Of a stretch of 64,000 bases of DNA, positions 12,776 through 26,727 are shown in pieces. The notes below the pieces were generated by a model. The model was not told the DNA's origin. It saw only the letters and a program-made list of their open reading frames with translations, and did not search any database. The translations under genes were made by a program, and so were the position numbers. Every line of letters starts with the position of its first letter. The stretch's first letter is position 1. Source of the DNA: Eledone cirrhosa (lineage: Eukaryota); assembly GCA_964016885.1 (NCBI GenBank), contig OZ024742.1, positions 356,004,001 to 356,068,000 of the forward strand, written 5' to 3'.

Positions 12776-13035
12776 AGGATATATATATATATATATGTAT
12801 TATTGTACTTTAGGAGGATCATGCTGCCAATAACAACACATGCCCCTGTTGGTTTTCACTTAAATTTATTATAAACTTATAGTTGGCTGGTTGGTTTGAT
12901 AACCGGATAGTTGTTTATACATTGTCAAAGTTCTTTCATCACACATTCTGTGACCTCCTCAGCGCCTGAGCTTTTATTTTGTGTCTTTCCTTTTTTCTGT
13001 CCTACACCATCTAGCTAAACAACTTCAAAAACGAA

Positions 13036-13125
<90 letters not shown>

Positions 13126-14169
13126 TTCCACATATATGACGATGTGATGATGTTGGCTGCCTCTCTATTTCAAGTAATGACATTGCTTGAAACTTAATCA
13201 TGAGCGTCACAGACGTGGCTTTTTAATCATGCTAAGGACTTGCCTGTGGCCAGCAATGCCAAGCATCACAAAAATGTCACATATTAAGCGATGTCTGTGC
13301 TTGAAGCCTTTTCAAGTGATGAAAGGCTTTGCATAGGACCAATGCCTCTCTCTGAACATATTTACCCAAAAAGAAGAACTGGTCTATATCATTGAATCAA
13401 AATGAATTTGCAGATTTTATATCTCAGTGTCCTTCTCTTAGATAGATGTCTCACTCCATAAAAATAAAAATACTTTTTTGGATAGCCGTTGATTCTCTTG
13501 AGTTCCACTGCCCATTGATGGGTTTTGTTTTTCATCCCACAGGGTGTCAAAACTCAACCACCTTATTTTTGCCAGCTGAGTGGACAACAGAAATGTGAAA
13601 TACTCAAAGAGACAATGATTTGTCTCATCCAAGAATCAAACTCCCAATCTTACAATCATGAGCCAAACACCCTAACTACTAATCCATGTCTCTTCATTAT
13701 AGACGGATATATTTTCTGTCATTTTAGTTGCCTCGTTTTAGTTAGATTTTGCCACTATTTGTAAAAGAATTTGTTTGTTTTGTCAGAAAATGACAAATAG
13801 ATTTCTCATATTCTTATTTAAGAAAGTAACTTCACAAAGTGCTGTTCAATCAAACTATATAAAGCAACATATATTCAATGTAAATAACTAATGTTTAGAG
13901 AAGGTAAATCTTGATTCCATTCATATTCAGGGAGGTGGGGGGCTTTATTTCATAGAAAGCAATATAAGTTCTTTAGCAACCCTAGAATGTTGAAACCTTG
14001 TATATTCCAGGAGAGGGTTAATCCCTAGCAAACAATAATTTCTTCAGCTACATTGGAAGTTTGACAAGAATGACATCTTTATTGAGGTTTAGACTCAGAT
14101 TGTAAAACAAACACAGCTAAACATCCTAATATATTTTGTACTATAGTCTAACAGCTTCCCTATTAATAA

Positions 14170-14380
14170 TCTGGGTTCTGACTTAGGCACAAGGCCAACA
14201 ATTTTGGAGGTGGGGCAGTCGATTACATCGATCCCAGTGCATTAATGGTACTTTATTGTATCCACCCTTAAAGATAAGATGAAAGTCAAAGTTAACCTCA
14301 ATGGGATTTGAAATCAGAACGTAAAGGTATATAACCATATAATGCAAAGTATATGTCATACAGCCAATTCATATTAATAA
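14170..14380 (-). mobile_element. Old Meta-domain-type tRNA SINE copy
   Basis: ggcacaaggcc...ggtactttatt...gatgaaagtcaaagttaacctc...gggatttgaa matches the family at 35550. Confidence 0.7.
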
Positions 14381-14742
14381 TAATAATGCTGACTTATATT
14401 TTAAGCACATCATCATCATCATCGTTTTTATGTCTGCTTTCCCTGCTAGTAAGGGTTGGATGGGTCTACAAAGACCAAATCAGTACTTAAATCGAGCTAC
14501 TGCTCTCTCAGAAAAGTCATGCTATGGTTCTACCAAGTGTACAATTGAATTTGTCTTCATTTGAGAGAATTTCTTAACCAACAACAAACACATTTATTTC
14601 GCATTTGTTGACTTAGAATCCAGATAAATGATTTCACTAATATCTGCAATTTAGTAAAATAGATAGATAGATAGATAGACAGATAGATAGAGAGAGAGAG
14701 AGATGGGGAGAGAGGGGGAAGGGGGGAGAGAGAGGGAGAGAG

Positions 14743-14781
<39 letters not shown>

Positions 14782-15119
14782 TATTAAAATATATAGGAAG
14801 ACAGAAAGCCTTGTTACTGGTTTCCAATGGAATAGTCACTGGTTCTTTACATTCATTTCTGAAATCAAACTTGACAAAGTAGAGTCAGTAACTCAGGGCA
14901 GAATACAGAAACACTATCACTAAGAAACATTATCACTTATCTTAACATGTTTAAATCCTTCATTGATACACACATACATATAGTATATCAATGTACCAGG
15001 GGTTAATATATTTAGTGGGCTCAGTGAAGTTTACATATCTACCAATGAGGGTAAGGTTGTTATAAATAAGTCTTACTTTAGGTCAAAATGGAAAACTAAT
15101 TTTTAAGTTGTTATATTTG

Positions 15120-15680
15120 GGGAGTGTCATGTTGTCCTAATATTGCCACAAAATAGTAAAACACACTCACTGTTTGGTTTGGTTTTCATTTCAATTTCAG
15201 TATATATTTTTATATGTTTTTAATTAATTTTACTGGTAATCTGGCAATCAATGCTTATCATTATTTAAAAATATAGATATAAATATAATGTCTCAAAGTT
15301 ATTTTGTTACACATTTCTGTGACATCTTCAGTGATTTCCTGGAAGGAAACACAGTGATAATAATAATAAATCTAAATGTAGAATTTAGCTTTAAAGACAG
15401 TATGGTAAGAAATATTATGGTCAGGATTAGAGGAAAACATGTAGTACATCTATTGTTATATTTGTGGAGGGTCATGTTGTCCTTATATTGCCAAAGATAG
15501 TAAAACTGTTTCATTTGGGTTTCGCTTCAGTATATTTTTATATATTTTTATATATAATCTAGCTGGCAATTAATGTTTATCATTGATTGACTAACAATTA
15601 AACATATAAATATAAATATAATTTATCAAAGTTCCTTCATCAAACATTTTCCTGTGACATATTCATTGACTATCCTGTGT
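15120..15680. repeat. Two diverged tandem copies (~345-bp period) of an unclassified repeat related to 12800-13030
   Basis: gtcatgttgtcct.atattgcca.a.atagtaaaac occurs near 15126 and 15471. Both copies end in ctgtgacat. Confidence 0.6.
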
Positions 15681-15901
15681 TCCCATCTTGTTTCTACACA
15701 ATTTCATATCGAATACCTTGCAAAATACTTTTCATGTTCCCTGTTAATAAATGTTGTAACTATTTTACTGATATAGCACTGTACACTCCACTGCTGGTTG
15801 TATCATGATATGTTACAGAGTGAATGATAATAAAATGAGAGAGTGACAAAAGATAGAGTTGATGGCTGAATGACATTCCACAATCACACATCCTGTATGT
15901 T

Positions 15902-16138
15902 TTCACCCTTTCATGACCACATTTCTAGTAAAATGAACTTCATTTTAATTAAATGAAGAACTTTGAGGGATTTACTAAAATTATTAATTATTTCATTACA
16001 AAGATAGTAACTTAGTGTAAGGTTCTTATATATAATATGTTGGAAGATTTTAATTTAAATTAGGAACCTTTAAAAATGTGTGGTTTTATTTCATAGAACC
16101 AGCGCCGGTTTTGCCCTGGCTGGTAACTAAAGGGTTAA
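15902..16138. mobile_element. piggyBac-type MITE (degenerate)
   Basis: Imperfect TIRs ccctttcatgacc / ggtaactaaaggg, with TTAA at the right end. Confidence 0.5.
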
Positions 16139-16631
16139 TGGTCAACAATTATATGTATGAATTTGTTAAAAGTTAATAAACTGAAATTGAGTTTCCTTAT
16201 AATAATTCTGTTCTGGCAGCATAATATCATGATCTGGTAAAAATTATTTTTCATAGCAACTAATAGACACAGAGATACAAAGCTTAACTCTTTTATTAGT
16301 ATATTTCTAATGAAAGACACTGTTGAAGTTTTTTTCAAATAATTTGAAATATAAGTAGATACATCTATTAAGATAGAGAAAAGTTTCTCTGTTTATCTTT
16401 GAGCAGTAGCTTAAGTTCACTAGCATAATATACACTGTGTAATAATAACTGTAATTCACTTCTAATCATTATCATTATCATCCATTTTTCCGCGCTAGCA
16501 TGTCTTAGAAGAGTAGTCCTGTTGTGAGCAATGTCAGGTCAGGTGACCATGTCTTACACATACAGAACTGATTCTATCTTGGTTTATACAGCTAGATGCC
16601 ATTCCTAATGCCAACCTTATTTACAGGGAGT

Positions 16632-17480
16632 AATAATAATAATGAAATTATTGTGTACAGTGCTCAGGTGCACTACAACTCATCAAAGGTGCATGTATAG
16701 TACATAGAATAATGTACAAATGTCAGGAAAATGAACAGTGTATGAGTCATGATATAATAATAATAATAATAATAGTAATGAAATATTGTGTACAGTGCCC
16801 AGGTGCACACAACTCATCAAAAAGTGCATGTACAGTACATAGGGCAATGCACAAACATCAGAAAAATGAACAGTGCATGAGTCATGATACACACATGTGT
16901 GCATGTGTATGGAAGGGGTACATTAGGTGTAGTTTTGGCGTATTTCGGGAAGCATGAGTGTCTCGGCAGCTAACAACTGATGCAGGCAGTTTGTTCCATG
17001 CTTCAGCAACTCTGAGCGTGAAAAAATGTCTACGAAAGTCATGGGAGCTGTGCTGTTTTCTGATTTTGTAGGCATGTCTACGTGTGTTAGACACATGGAG
17101 ATCAAAAAGGTATTCAGGGTTGCAATTGGCGAGATGGTTAATAACTTTGTGGGTATTTACCAAGTCCATTGCCAGACGTCGGAGCTTCAATGAATCCATG
17201 CCCAGGGAAGCAAGGCGTTCAGAGTATGGTAGGTGTCTGATGGAGGGTATGCGCTTGGTTGCACGTCTCTGAACAGTTTCCAGGAGGTCAATGTTCTGAG
17301 CAAGATAGGGGTTCCAGACTGATGATGCGAATTCCAAGTGTGGTCGTATCATAGCTGTATACAGTTTTAAATAGATGGCTGGAGAGCAGCTAACAAAGGT
17401 CTTGCTGAGTGATGCCAAGACACCCTCGGCCTTCTTGACAATCTTAGAGACATGCTTTGTCCAACGTAAATCGCTGCTGA
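16632..17480 (-). mobile_element. CR1-clade LINE 3' fragment with a duplicated 3' terminus and (ATT)n tails
   Basis: ORF 16882-17418: RPHLEFASSVWNPY, LETVQRRATKRIP, YSERL, RRHFFTLRVAEAWNKLP. The ~125-bp 3' end occurs twice (16634-16755 and 16770-16890). Confidence 0.9.
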
Positions 17481-18034
17481 GTACTGGGTGATTTTTGCCA
17501 TGATGCCTAGACGGCCGCCCTACAGTGTGGACTGGGTACTTTATTCATGACACCTACACAACCAGTTTACAGGGTGGGCTGGGTGCTTGTTGCTGTGTTG
17601 CCATCACAACCACTTTATAATGGGATTTTGCACAGTATCACTTACAATGTATTGGGAGAAGATTGCCTAAGGTAAAAGATACCTGAGGTGACATACAGTT
17701 GTACTGAACTTGAACCTAATAATGCAAAGTGGAATTTTTAAGCCTAAACCTATACTTGCAGTCAACTAAATATTACACTGTTAAATATATATGGACATTT
17801 GTTTTTTCTCGTTCCTTCCTCTTCTCACTTTTTATCTTTTTATTTTATCTTTTATTTCTAATTCTATCTCCTGATGAAGGACTAGTGTATGAAACATTTA
17901 AGACTATTTTCTTGTTATTTCAAGCATTAAACTAATATATTTCTTCAATGTATTGTGTCATTTGCTTTTTACCCTTCACATATAAACATTCATATATACA
18001 CTCTATGACAAACCATGTGACTGAAAATGTCTAC

Positions 18035-18420
18035 AAAGAACCCCCAATACGAACTGGCGTGAAATTTAATGTACTTATTCATGTGACAATCAAATTCATT
18101 TGACAATCAGATTACATTTATAACAAAACATTTTTGAGCCACTTTTTAAAGTGAAAATGACAATAAAGAACCCTCAAATACAAACTGACGCGAATGTTGA
18201 TGTGCTGATTCACGTGACTGCATCAACCAACCAAATTTTATTCATATATGAAAAAACAATCTGAGCCCCCCCCCCCTCTTTTTAAAAAGCAAATATAATA
18301 AGATCTTTGTAACGCGAACTGGCGCAAAATTTATTATGCTTATTCACATGACAGTCATCAACCGACGAAATTGGTTTTATAAAAATCTATCATGTCGAGC
18401 CACTTTTTTCCACATAAAAC
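18035..18420. repeat. Three diverged ~130-bp tandem units
   Basis: c.aactg.cg..aa..tt..t.t.ct.attca.gtgac recurs near 18050, 18180 and 18315. Confidence 0.6.
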
Positions 18421-18574
18421 AGAAGTAAGATTCGGACACCAACCAGATGCGAGAAAACCACAAACACTCCTTCTCAATTCTACTTTTGAAAAGCACAAGA
18501 ACTGTGAAACCGGTAAAGGAAACAAATAAATATTCTTAAAAAGACTCCAGTTGTATTTTCAATTTCATCTTTGT

Positions 18575-18626
<52 letters not shown>

Positions 18627-19239
18627 TAGATACAAAAATAATACTAAAATTCAACAATGAACACAAACATAATTATATGTTTGCTGAGATAAATAATTAA
18701 AAATATACCAGCTTGAAATTTAAAGATATAAAATTAACATTATTTTACAGTATACCCTGCCTGAAGAAAATGTTTAGCAAAACTGTGATGCTGCAATTAT
18801 TCTCACGCTACTTCACTATTTCTAACTAACTTCAGTTGTGTCCAAATGGAATCTTTGTTATGTCCTGAATAAATAACACCAATAAAATATCAATTTCCTT
18901 TTTTTCCTTTACTCATCTTTTTCATTCTTGTATCACAAGAAAGCAATTATATTCTGAAACACACATATATATGTATATTTGTTTATATGCATGAGTTTAT
19001 TTATTTACTTAAAGCTGTGAATTTATTTGTCTCTACTCTCAAAACCTATTTTAATTTTTCATGAATACATATGTGTGCATATGTATGCTTATGTACATAA
19101 AGTATATGTATACACATGTATATGTATGTGTGTGTGTGCGTGTGTGTGTGTGAGTGTGTATGTGTGTGTGTTAGCAGATATATATATATATATATGTATG
19201 TATATATACGAATGTATACAGATGGGGAGTTACTAGCTT

Positions 19240-19335
<96 letters not shown>

Positions 19336-19396
19336 ATACTGCCTCTCTGTTTTGTTCCCGTTCAATTTTTCATTATATATATATATTACATATATA

Positions 19397-19472
<76 letters not shown>

Positions 19473-19918
19473 ATGTATATATCTATGCAATGATGATGAT
19501 GTATATATATGTATGTATATACACAATACTGAAGTTATGGCTAGCAGGGTTTTGCCATTATAAGTTTATAGTTCACATACCAAGCTATTTCCTCTTGAAA
19601 AAACTTATACTGCTTAGAGGCAAATTCAATTTTGTTTTTTTATTATTAACATTTTGGTGTAGCTACAGTAGTTGATATAATTCGATTGTGTATAATTTTA
19701 GATTTGTTTTCTACTTCTCCATTTCAGCAATGTTTTCTGGATTACTACATTATGAATTCATCTTAAATTTATTTTCTGCAACATTTCAATATTTTGTAAG
19801 GTTATTTCTGTTGTTAAATGGGGAAATTTAGTTCAATGTGAAAATGAGAATCATAAGTGAAATATAGTGAGGGATGAGCGTGCTGAAAAAAATAAAGCCA
19901 TCTGTTAGGGTCAGATGA

Positions 19919-21398
19919 CTGAATCACAGACACTGATTCACAGATATTGAATCACAGACACTGAATCACAGATGCTGACACATAGATGCTGATTCACAGA
20001 TATTGAATCACAGACACTGAATCACATGCTGACACATAGATGCTGATTCACAGATATTGAATCACAGACACTGAATCACAGATGCTGACACATAGATGCT
20101 GATTCACAGATATTGAATCACAGACACTGAATCACAGATGCTGACACATAGATGCTGATTCACAGATATTGAATCACAGACACTGAATCACAGATGCTGA
20201 CACATAGATGCTGATTCACAGATATTGAATCACAGACACTGAATCACAGATGCTGACACATAATCACAGATGCTGACACATAGATGCTGATTCACAGATA
20301 TTGAATCACAGACACTGAATCACAGATGCTGACACATAGATGCTGATTCACCGATGTTGAATCACAGACACTGAATCACAGATGCTGACACATAGATGCT
20401 GATTCACAGATATTGAATCACAGACACTGAATCACAGATGCTGACACATAGATGCTGATTCACAGATATTGAATCACAGGCACTGAATCACAGATGCTGA
20501 CACATAGATGCTGATTCACAGATATTGAATCACAGACACTGAATCACAGATGCTGACACATAGATGCTGATTCACAGATATTGAATCACAGACACTGAAT
20601 CACAGATGCTGACACATAGATGCTGATTGACCGATGTTGAATCACAGACACTGAATCACAGATGCTGACACATAGATGCTGATTCACAAATATTGAATCA
20701 CAGACATTGAATCACAGATGCTGACACATAGATGCTGATTCACCGATGTTGAATCACAGATGCTGAAACACAGACACTGAATCATAGATGCTGATTCACA
20801 GATGTTGAATCACAGACACTGATTCACAGATATTGAATCACAGACATTGATTTACAGATATTGAATCACAGACACTGAATTACAGATGCTGACACATAGA
20901 TGCTGATTCACAGATGTTGAATCACAGATGCTGATTCACAGACACTGAATCACAGATGCTGAATCATAGATGCTGATTCACAGATGTTGAATCACAGACT
21001 CTGATTCACAGATATTGAATCACAGACACTGAATCACAGATGCTGACACATAGATGCTGATTCACAGATATTGAATCACAGATGCTGAAACACAGACACT
21101 GGATCACAGATATTGAATCACAGACACTGGATCACAGATGCTGAATCATAGATGCTGATTCACAGACACTGAATCACAGATGCTGAATCATAGATGCTGA
21201 TTCACAGATGTTGAATCACAGATGCTGAAACACAGACACTGGATCACAGATATTGAATCACAGACACTGGATCACAGATGCTGAATCACAGACACTGAAT
21301 CACAGATGCTGAATCATAGATGCTGATTCACAGACACTGAATCACAGATGCTGAATCACAGATGCTGAAACACAGACACTGAATCACAGACACAGATT
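19919..21398. repeat. Minisatellite of 14-bp monomers with a 56-bp higher-order repeat
   Basis: gatgctgacacata-gatgctgattcaca-gatattgaatcaca-gacactgaatcaca is repeated. Monomer order becomes shuffled after ~20750. Confidence 0.95.
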
Positions 21399-21899
21399 TA
21401 ATGGTTCAATTGCTAAAGAAGTGTTTGAAACAACAGTATGTCCCTGAAGAAGGATAGTATTTTCATCAAACTGCTGAAAATAGGAATGACAGCAGTTTGT
21501 AGCAACTGCAGGTGAGAGAGCTTTGCTTATCTTCAGTAAGGGCTTTTGCAGAAGTTACTATGGCAATTTTGTGCAGGGCATAGCAATTTATTTGTGCCCT
21601 CAGCTGCGCTTTTTGGTTTTAGGATGGTTAGAATTATTAAACGTTAATTTCATGGGTAGAATGTCCTGTTGTTTAGTCAACTGTAGCACTCATCGTTGAA
21701 CTGATGGAATTCCATAGCACGTGGGACATAGCATAGCATAGAATACTGTGTCTTAGAAATATTCATCTTTAAGTCAAGTTTCTTGTCAAGTATTGTTAAT
21801 GGAATCGTTAGATATTTTATCCTCACCAAACTTCTTTCTATTAACTATATATTTCACCATAAAAAGCTATTCAGTTGTACATAATATGGTATCTAGCAG

Positions 21900-22200
21900 A
21901 ATTACTAGTACCGGTTGGTTGATCGGGATTTCTCTGATGATGTTGCATTGTTGGAAGAAATCTAGAACCTGTTTACATGAACTAAGTGTGTCAGAGTAAA
22001 ATTGGAAATAAACTGTATTGAAAATAAATTCAAAAATGTCAAATACCATGAAGATTGGTTAAAGAACAGGAAACAGCACCTTGATCTCTAAAGAATAGAT
22101 TGTTGATACCATAAGCTGATTCATGCAACCTGGCAGTGTTTGGTGTGACGATGGGGATGCTGTTATTAATATCAAATGCAGAATCAGAAAATTGATGAAG
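21900..22200 (+). mobile_element. Highly degraded LINE RT fragment (RTE-like)
   Basis: Translated remnants DRDFSDDVALLEE, LKINSKMSNTMKIG and GSVWCDDGDAVINIKCRIRK resemble RT motifs 5-7. Confidence 0.55.
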
Positions 22201-23274
22201 AAAAAGCAGTCTGTGAATACACTAGAAAACAATACAAGCACTTAACTAGACAATATCATATAACATATGAGGGGGGTGTGGGGTGGAACAGGGGGCCTAG
22301 TGGGGGCCATACCTCCTTCCCAATAATTATATTTTCTCCCCAAATGACCAAAACACAGATCTATTTGTATATGCACAAAATATTTATATACATGTTATGT
22401 TTATTGCATAGCGAAGATTTTTTATATCTTGTTTGATATTTGTTAATAACAGCTAAACTAATCACTACTACTAAATTGACCAAATTTGCCCTACCCACTC
22501 AATTCAGAAATACTTCCACTCCCCTTGCATATGGTGCCTCATGCAAGAAAAACATGGAGGAAAACTAAAGAAATCACCAGAACCTTATTGGTTTATCACA
22601 AAAAGGGCTGGAGAAAAGTTCTGAGGATTTTGTACAATGTTCCTATCAGAACTGGAGATGTTTTAAGAAAAGTAATTTTATGAAGAATCAAAATACAGTG
22701 TTGAAACAAAGAATTATTTTTGTTGGCCATGTCATATCTTGTGAAAATGTGTAACAAAATATCCCTGCCTTCTACAAATTCCCTTTAACAATTTATTACA
22801 GATATCAATAAAATCTAAATATTTGAAAACATGTTTCTTCAACTCACTCAACTGGATGTTTCAGAGTTATTTCAGTAGCTTCAATTTCAGTTCTGATTTG
22901 GAATTTGACCAATGTTGAGATGAGGAAGAAGAGAAAACTCTCTCACAGAGTAATACAATACTTATCTCGTTTATTACTTGATGAAACAAAAGAAAGTTCT
23001 ATTTTTTTATATTCCACATAAATAACTAGATGCAGGTACATGAATACATCAGTATCCAGAAGTAGTATTATATATACACAATTAGGAAAAAAAAAATGAG
23101 ATTGGGTACATGGTATTGAATCTTTCAGGAGGACCTGAAAATTGTCAACAGAAATTGAGCCAACATGCTAAGTGCAAGAATGCACAGAATGGACTGACTG
23201 ACATCTACAAATTAATTTACTTTTCAAGAAAAATTCTTCAATATAAGAAATGTGTTGACATGGTAACTTATTGG

Positions 23275-23590
23275 ACTCACACACTGCAAAGTGGTTGTGT
23301 AGATGTCACGACAAAAATCACACAGCCTATACTGTAAAGTGGTCAAATAGGTGTCATGACAAAAAGCACCCAGTCCATACTGTAAAGTGTTCATGTAGGT
23401 GTCAACACAAAAAGGACACAGCCCACACTGTAAATGTGGTGGGCATTAGGAAGGGCATCCAGCCTTAAAAATCAAGCCAAAATCAGCTCTGTGTGAGCAA
23501 AACATGATCCTTCAACGTGTATCTCTCCCAAGGGGAATGCTCATCTTACCGATGCTAGCATGGAAAATGGGCATATGAGGATGATGACTA
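23275..23590 (+). mobile_element. RTE 3'UTR / SINE-tail remnant with modular ~38-bp repeats
   Basis: Repeated cacactgtaaagtgg...gtcacgacaaaa, then aggaagggcatccagcc...atgctagcatggaaaatgg...gatgatg. Confidence 0.7.
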
Positions 23591-24400
23591 ACAAGGAAAC
23601 CATTAGTAATATATTTGAAAAAAAGTGTTTCCTTTTTCTTTCAAGGCCATAAATCTTATTTATAAAATAGTGTTAATGTGTTGGAAAACCAATTGCTTTA
23701 ACATGTGAACATATGCAACAAAAGAGTGTATTTGATTTCCATCAATTTTCTTAGAGAATTCATTAAAAATATCAATAATAAATAAATAAATATTTGAATA
23801 AAATATTTCTTCTGCTACAAGAAGGAAGATAAAGCACTCTCCATTCAATTCATATCTCGTTTAAGTTTTGATGAAACTGAAGAAAGTTTATTTATATTCC
23901 ATATAAATACTATATGCATGCATAACTTTATGCCTACACACAAAAATATATACTTAAATGCAGAAATATGCACAAATATATACACGTGTAAATACACTTC
24001 AAATATATACACATGTACATACACTTCAAATATATACACATGTACATACACTGCATTTCACATATCTGGCATAAATTCAGCTCATCCTTAGAGAATATTC
24101 ATCTTCCCTACAGCTAAATTTAATTACATACTACCTAATCATAATTGTATTATTCCAAATCTACCTTTATTTGCCAATCATGATGTCATGTACTTCTAAA
24201 TCAAATACTTTTATATTTCTTACTCTCCAATCTTCTCTGTTCACTCTTCCTGAATTAAATATTTCAGATGTTAACGTGGTTTAATTAAAACACACAACTC
24301 ACTGTCCCATTCATTGCTCCAGGTTTTCTGTATTTATAGTTCAAGATAGATTCCTTGTTATATCATGTTTTACAACACATGTATTATTCAATACAAATAT

Positions 24401-24748
24401 ATCATCATCATCATCATCATCATCATTTTACGTCCGCTTTTCCCTCCTTGCAAGGGTGGGACGGGAACTGATTCTGGGTTGATTTCTACAGCTGGATGCC
24501 CTTCCTAACACCAACCTCATTTACAGTGTGTGGTGGGTGCTTTTTTGCCGTGGCACCTCCATTACCACTTTGCAGTGGAATGATATGGACCACAGTCCTA
24601 TCATCTCATTTCTACAGCTGAGTAAACTGGAGCAATGTAAAATGAAGTGTCTTGCTCAAGGAAACAACACATCACCTGGTCTGAGAATTGAAATCACAAC
24701 CTTTTGATTGTAAGGCCAATGCTCTAACCACTAAGCCATGTGCCTCCA
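24401..24748 (-). mobile_element. tRNA-derived CORE-like SINE with RTE tail
   Basis: Closely matches 9765-10107. Confidence 0.88.
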
Positions 24749-24884
24749 TATACATATATATATATATATATAACAAAGGAAATGTGGTAAGAAACCAGGT
24801 GGACCATAACGCACCAAAGTACTCAATACTTGGGGTAGTAGAGTGGGTAATAGGAACTGGTTCCTATATATATATATATATATA

Positions 24885-26727
24885 TCATCATCATCATCAT
24901 CACCGTTTTACGTCTGTTCTTCCACGCTAGCATGGGTTAGACGGGTTGTCCTGTTGTGGGCAGTGTCTGGTCGGCTGACCACGCCTTGCTCATACAGGAA
25001 CTGATTTGGCTTGATTTCTACAGGTGGATGCCCTTCCTAACACCAACCTCATTTACAGTGAGTACTGGGTGCTTTTTCATGGCGCCTACACGTCCACTTT
25101 ACAGTGTGGGCTGGGTGCTTTTTGCCGTGGCACCTCCACGACCACCTTGCAGTGGGGGGTGTGGGGACATTTTGTCTATATGTTTCAGCTTGTACCCATG
25201 GGAGGTCGGGTACTCTGTATTACTACGTGAGGCCAGAGGTCACGGTCATGTGTCATTGCCTTTGAGAGGTGTAATTGGGTAAGGTCGGCTTTTATCACCT
25301 CATCCCAGGTCATCTTGGGTCTCCCCACTCCGCGGTTTCCATCAACATCTAGTGCTCTGTACCTTTTTATGCAGCTGTCATCCTTCATATGCATCACATG
25401 TCCATACCAGCGCAACCGCCTCTCCTGTACACAGCATTTGATTCCTCTTATGCTCAGTCTCTCTCTCAATTCATTTATGCTTTGTCGTTCACGTATATTA
25501 CTGTTACACATCCATCGGAGCATGCAGGCTTCGTTTCTCTCTAATCTACATAATTCTTCCACCTTCAGCGCCCAGGTCTCACTACCATGCAACATTGCTG
25601 TTCGGATACACGCATCATACAGTCTGCCTTTCATTCTGAGGGAGAAGCCTTTTGCAGCTAGCAGTGGTAGTAGTTCCCTAAACTTCTTCCATCCCGTTCT
25701 TACCCTAGTTATTGTACTTTCTGAACACCCACCTCCGCTGCTAATTCGGTCACCTAGGTAGCAGAAGCTGTCTACTGTTTCTACACAGCCCTCCCAGAGA
25801 TTGGTGGTACTTGTTTCCTGTGGCTCTTTGCTGCTTGCTGTCTCAGCACAGCTGCTACATGTGAAGCCTACATTCTTAATTAAGCTTCCTGAGATCCCGC
25901 TACATCTCTTGTGTACCCATTGTTTGCATTTGGGGCAGAGAATGGAGTTCCTACCTACACCTTTCCTACATATTGAGCAAGGACATTTCCCTGAGAGGAT
26001 CTGGGTTCTGTTTTCTCGCCTACTTACAAGGACCTTAGTCTTTGTCATGTTGACTTTGAGACCCTTTCTTTCTAGTCCGTGCTTCCAAGTTTGGAATTTA
26101 TTCTCTAGTTCTACCATAGATTCAGCTATGAGTGCGAGGTCATCAGCATACAGGAGTTCCCATGGGCATCCGGTCTTAAACTCCTCCGTTATTGCCTGCA
26201 GGACTGTGATGAACAGGAGGGGGCTAAGAACAGAGCCCTGGTGGACCCCAACCTGTACGCTAAATTCCTCGCTATACTCATCGCTAATCCTAACTTTGCT
26301 GACTGCTCCCCTATACATGACTTGTACCGCTTTCACAAGCCATTCATCTACTCCTATTTTTCTAAGAGCCAACCAGATTACAGCACGTGGAACTCTGGCA
26401 AAGGCTTTCTCAAGGTCGACAAATGCCAAGTAGAGTGGCTTACTTTTAGCTAGGTACTTTTCCTGTAACTGCCTCACAAGGAAGAGGGCATAAGTGGTGC
26501 CTCTTCCTGGTACAAACCCAAATTGCATCTCATCTATTTTCACCCGTCCCTAATCAACTGTGCTATAACTCTTTCTGTTACTTTCATGACCAGGTCCATC
26601 TACTTTATACCTCTATAGTTTCCTCTATCTAGTGCATCGCATTTACCTTTGTAGCAGCTGACAATGATGCTACTGCACCAATCTTTTGGTATGACACCTT
26701 CTAGTATTACCTGGTTAACAATATGGT
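24885..26727 (-). mobile_element. RTE-clade LINE, 5'-truncated, with a 452-aa open RT/C-terminal segment including a PHD finger
   Basis: ORF 25185-26543: QFGF, FVDLEKAF, GVHQGSVLSPLLF, YADD, KTK, C4HC3 insert, YLG, LHGSETW and RLRWYGHV. (GAT)n tail. Confidence 0.95.

Noticed and set aside
19919-21398. CRISPR-like or coding repeat
   Set aside because: It is a pure tandem array of 14-mers with no spacers and no long ORF.
21444-21478. Hammerhead at CTGAAGA
   Set aside because: The GAAA and stems are not recoverable, so it is too degraded to call.
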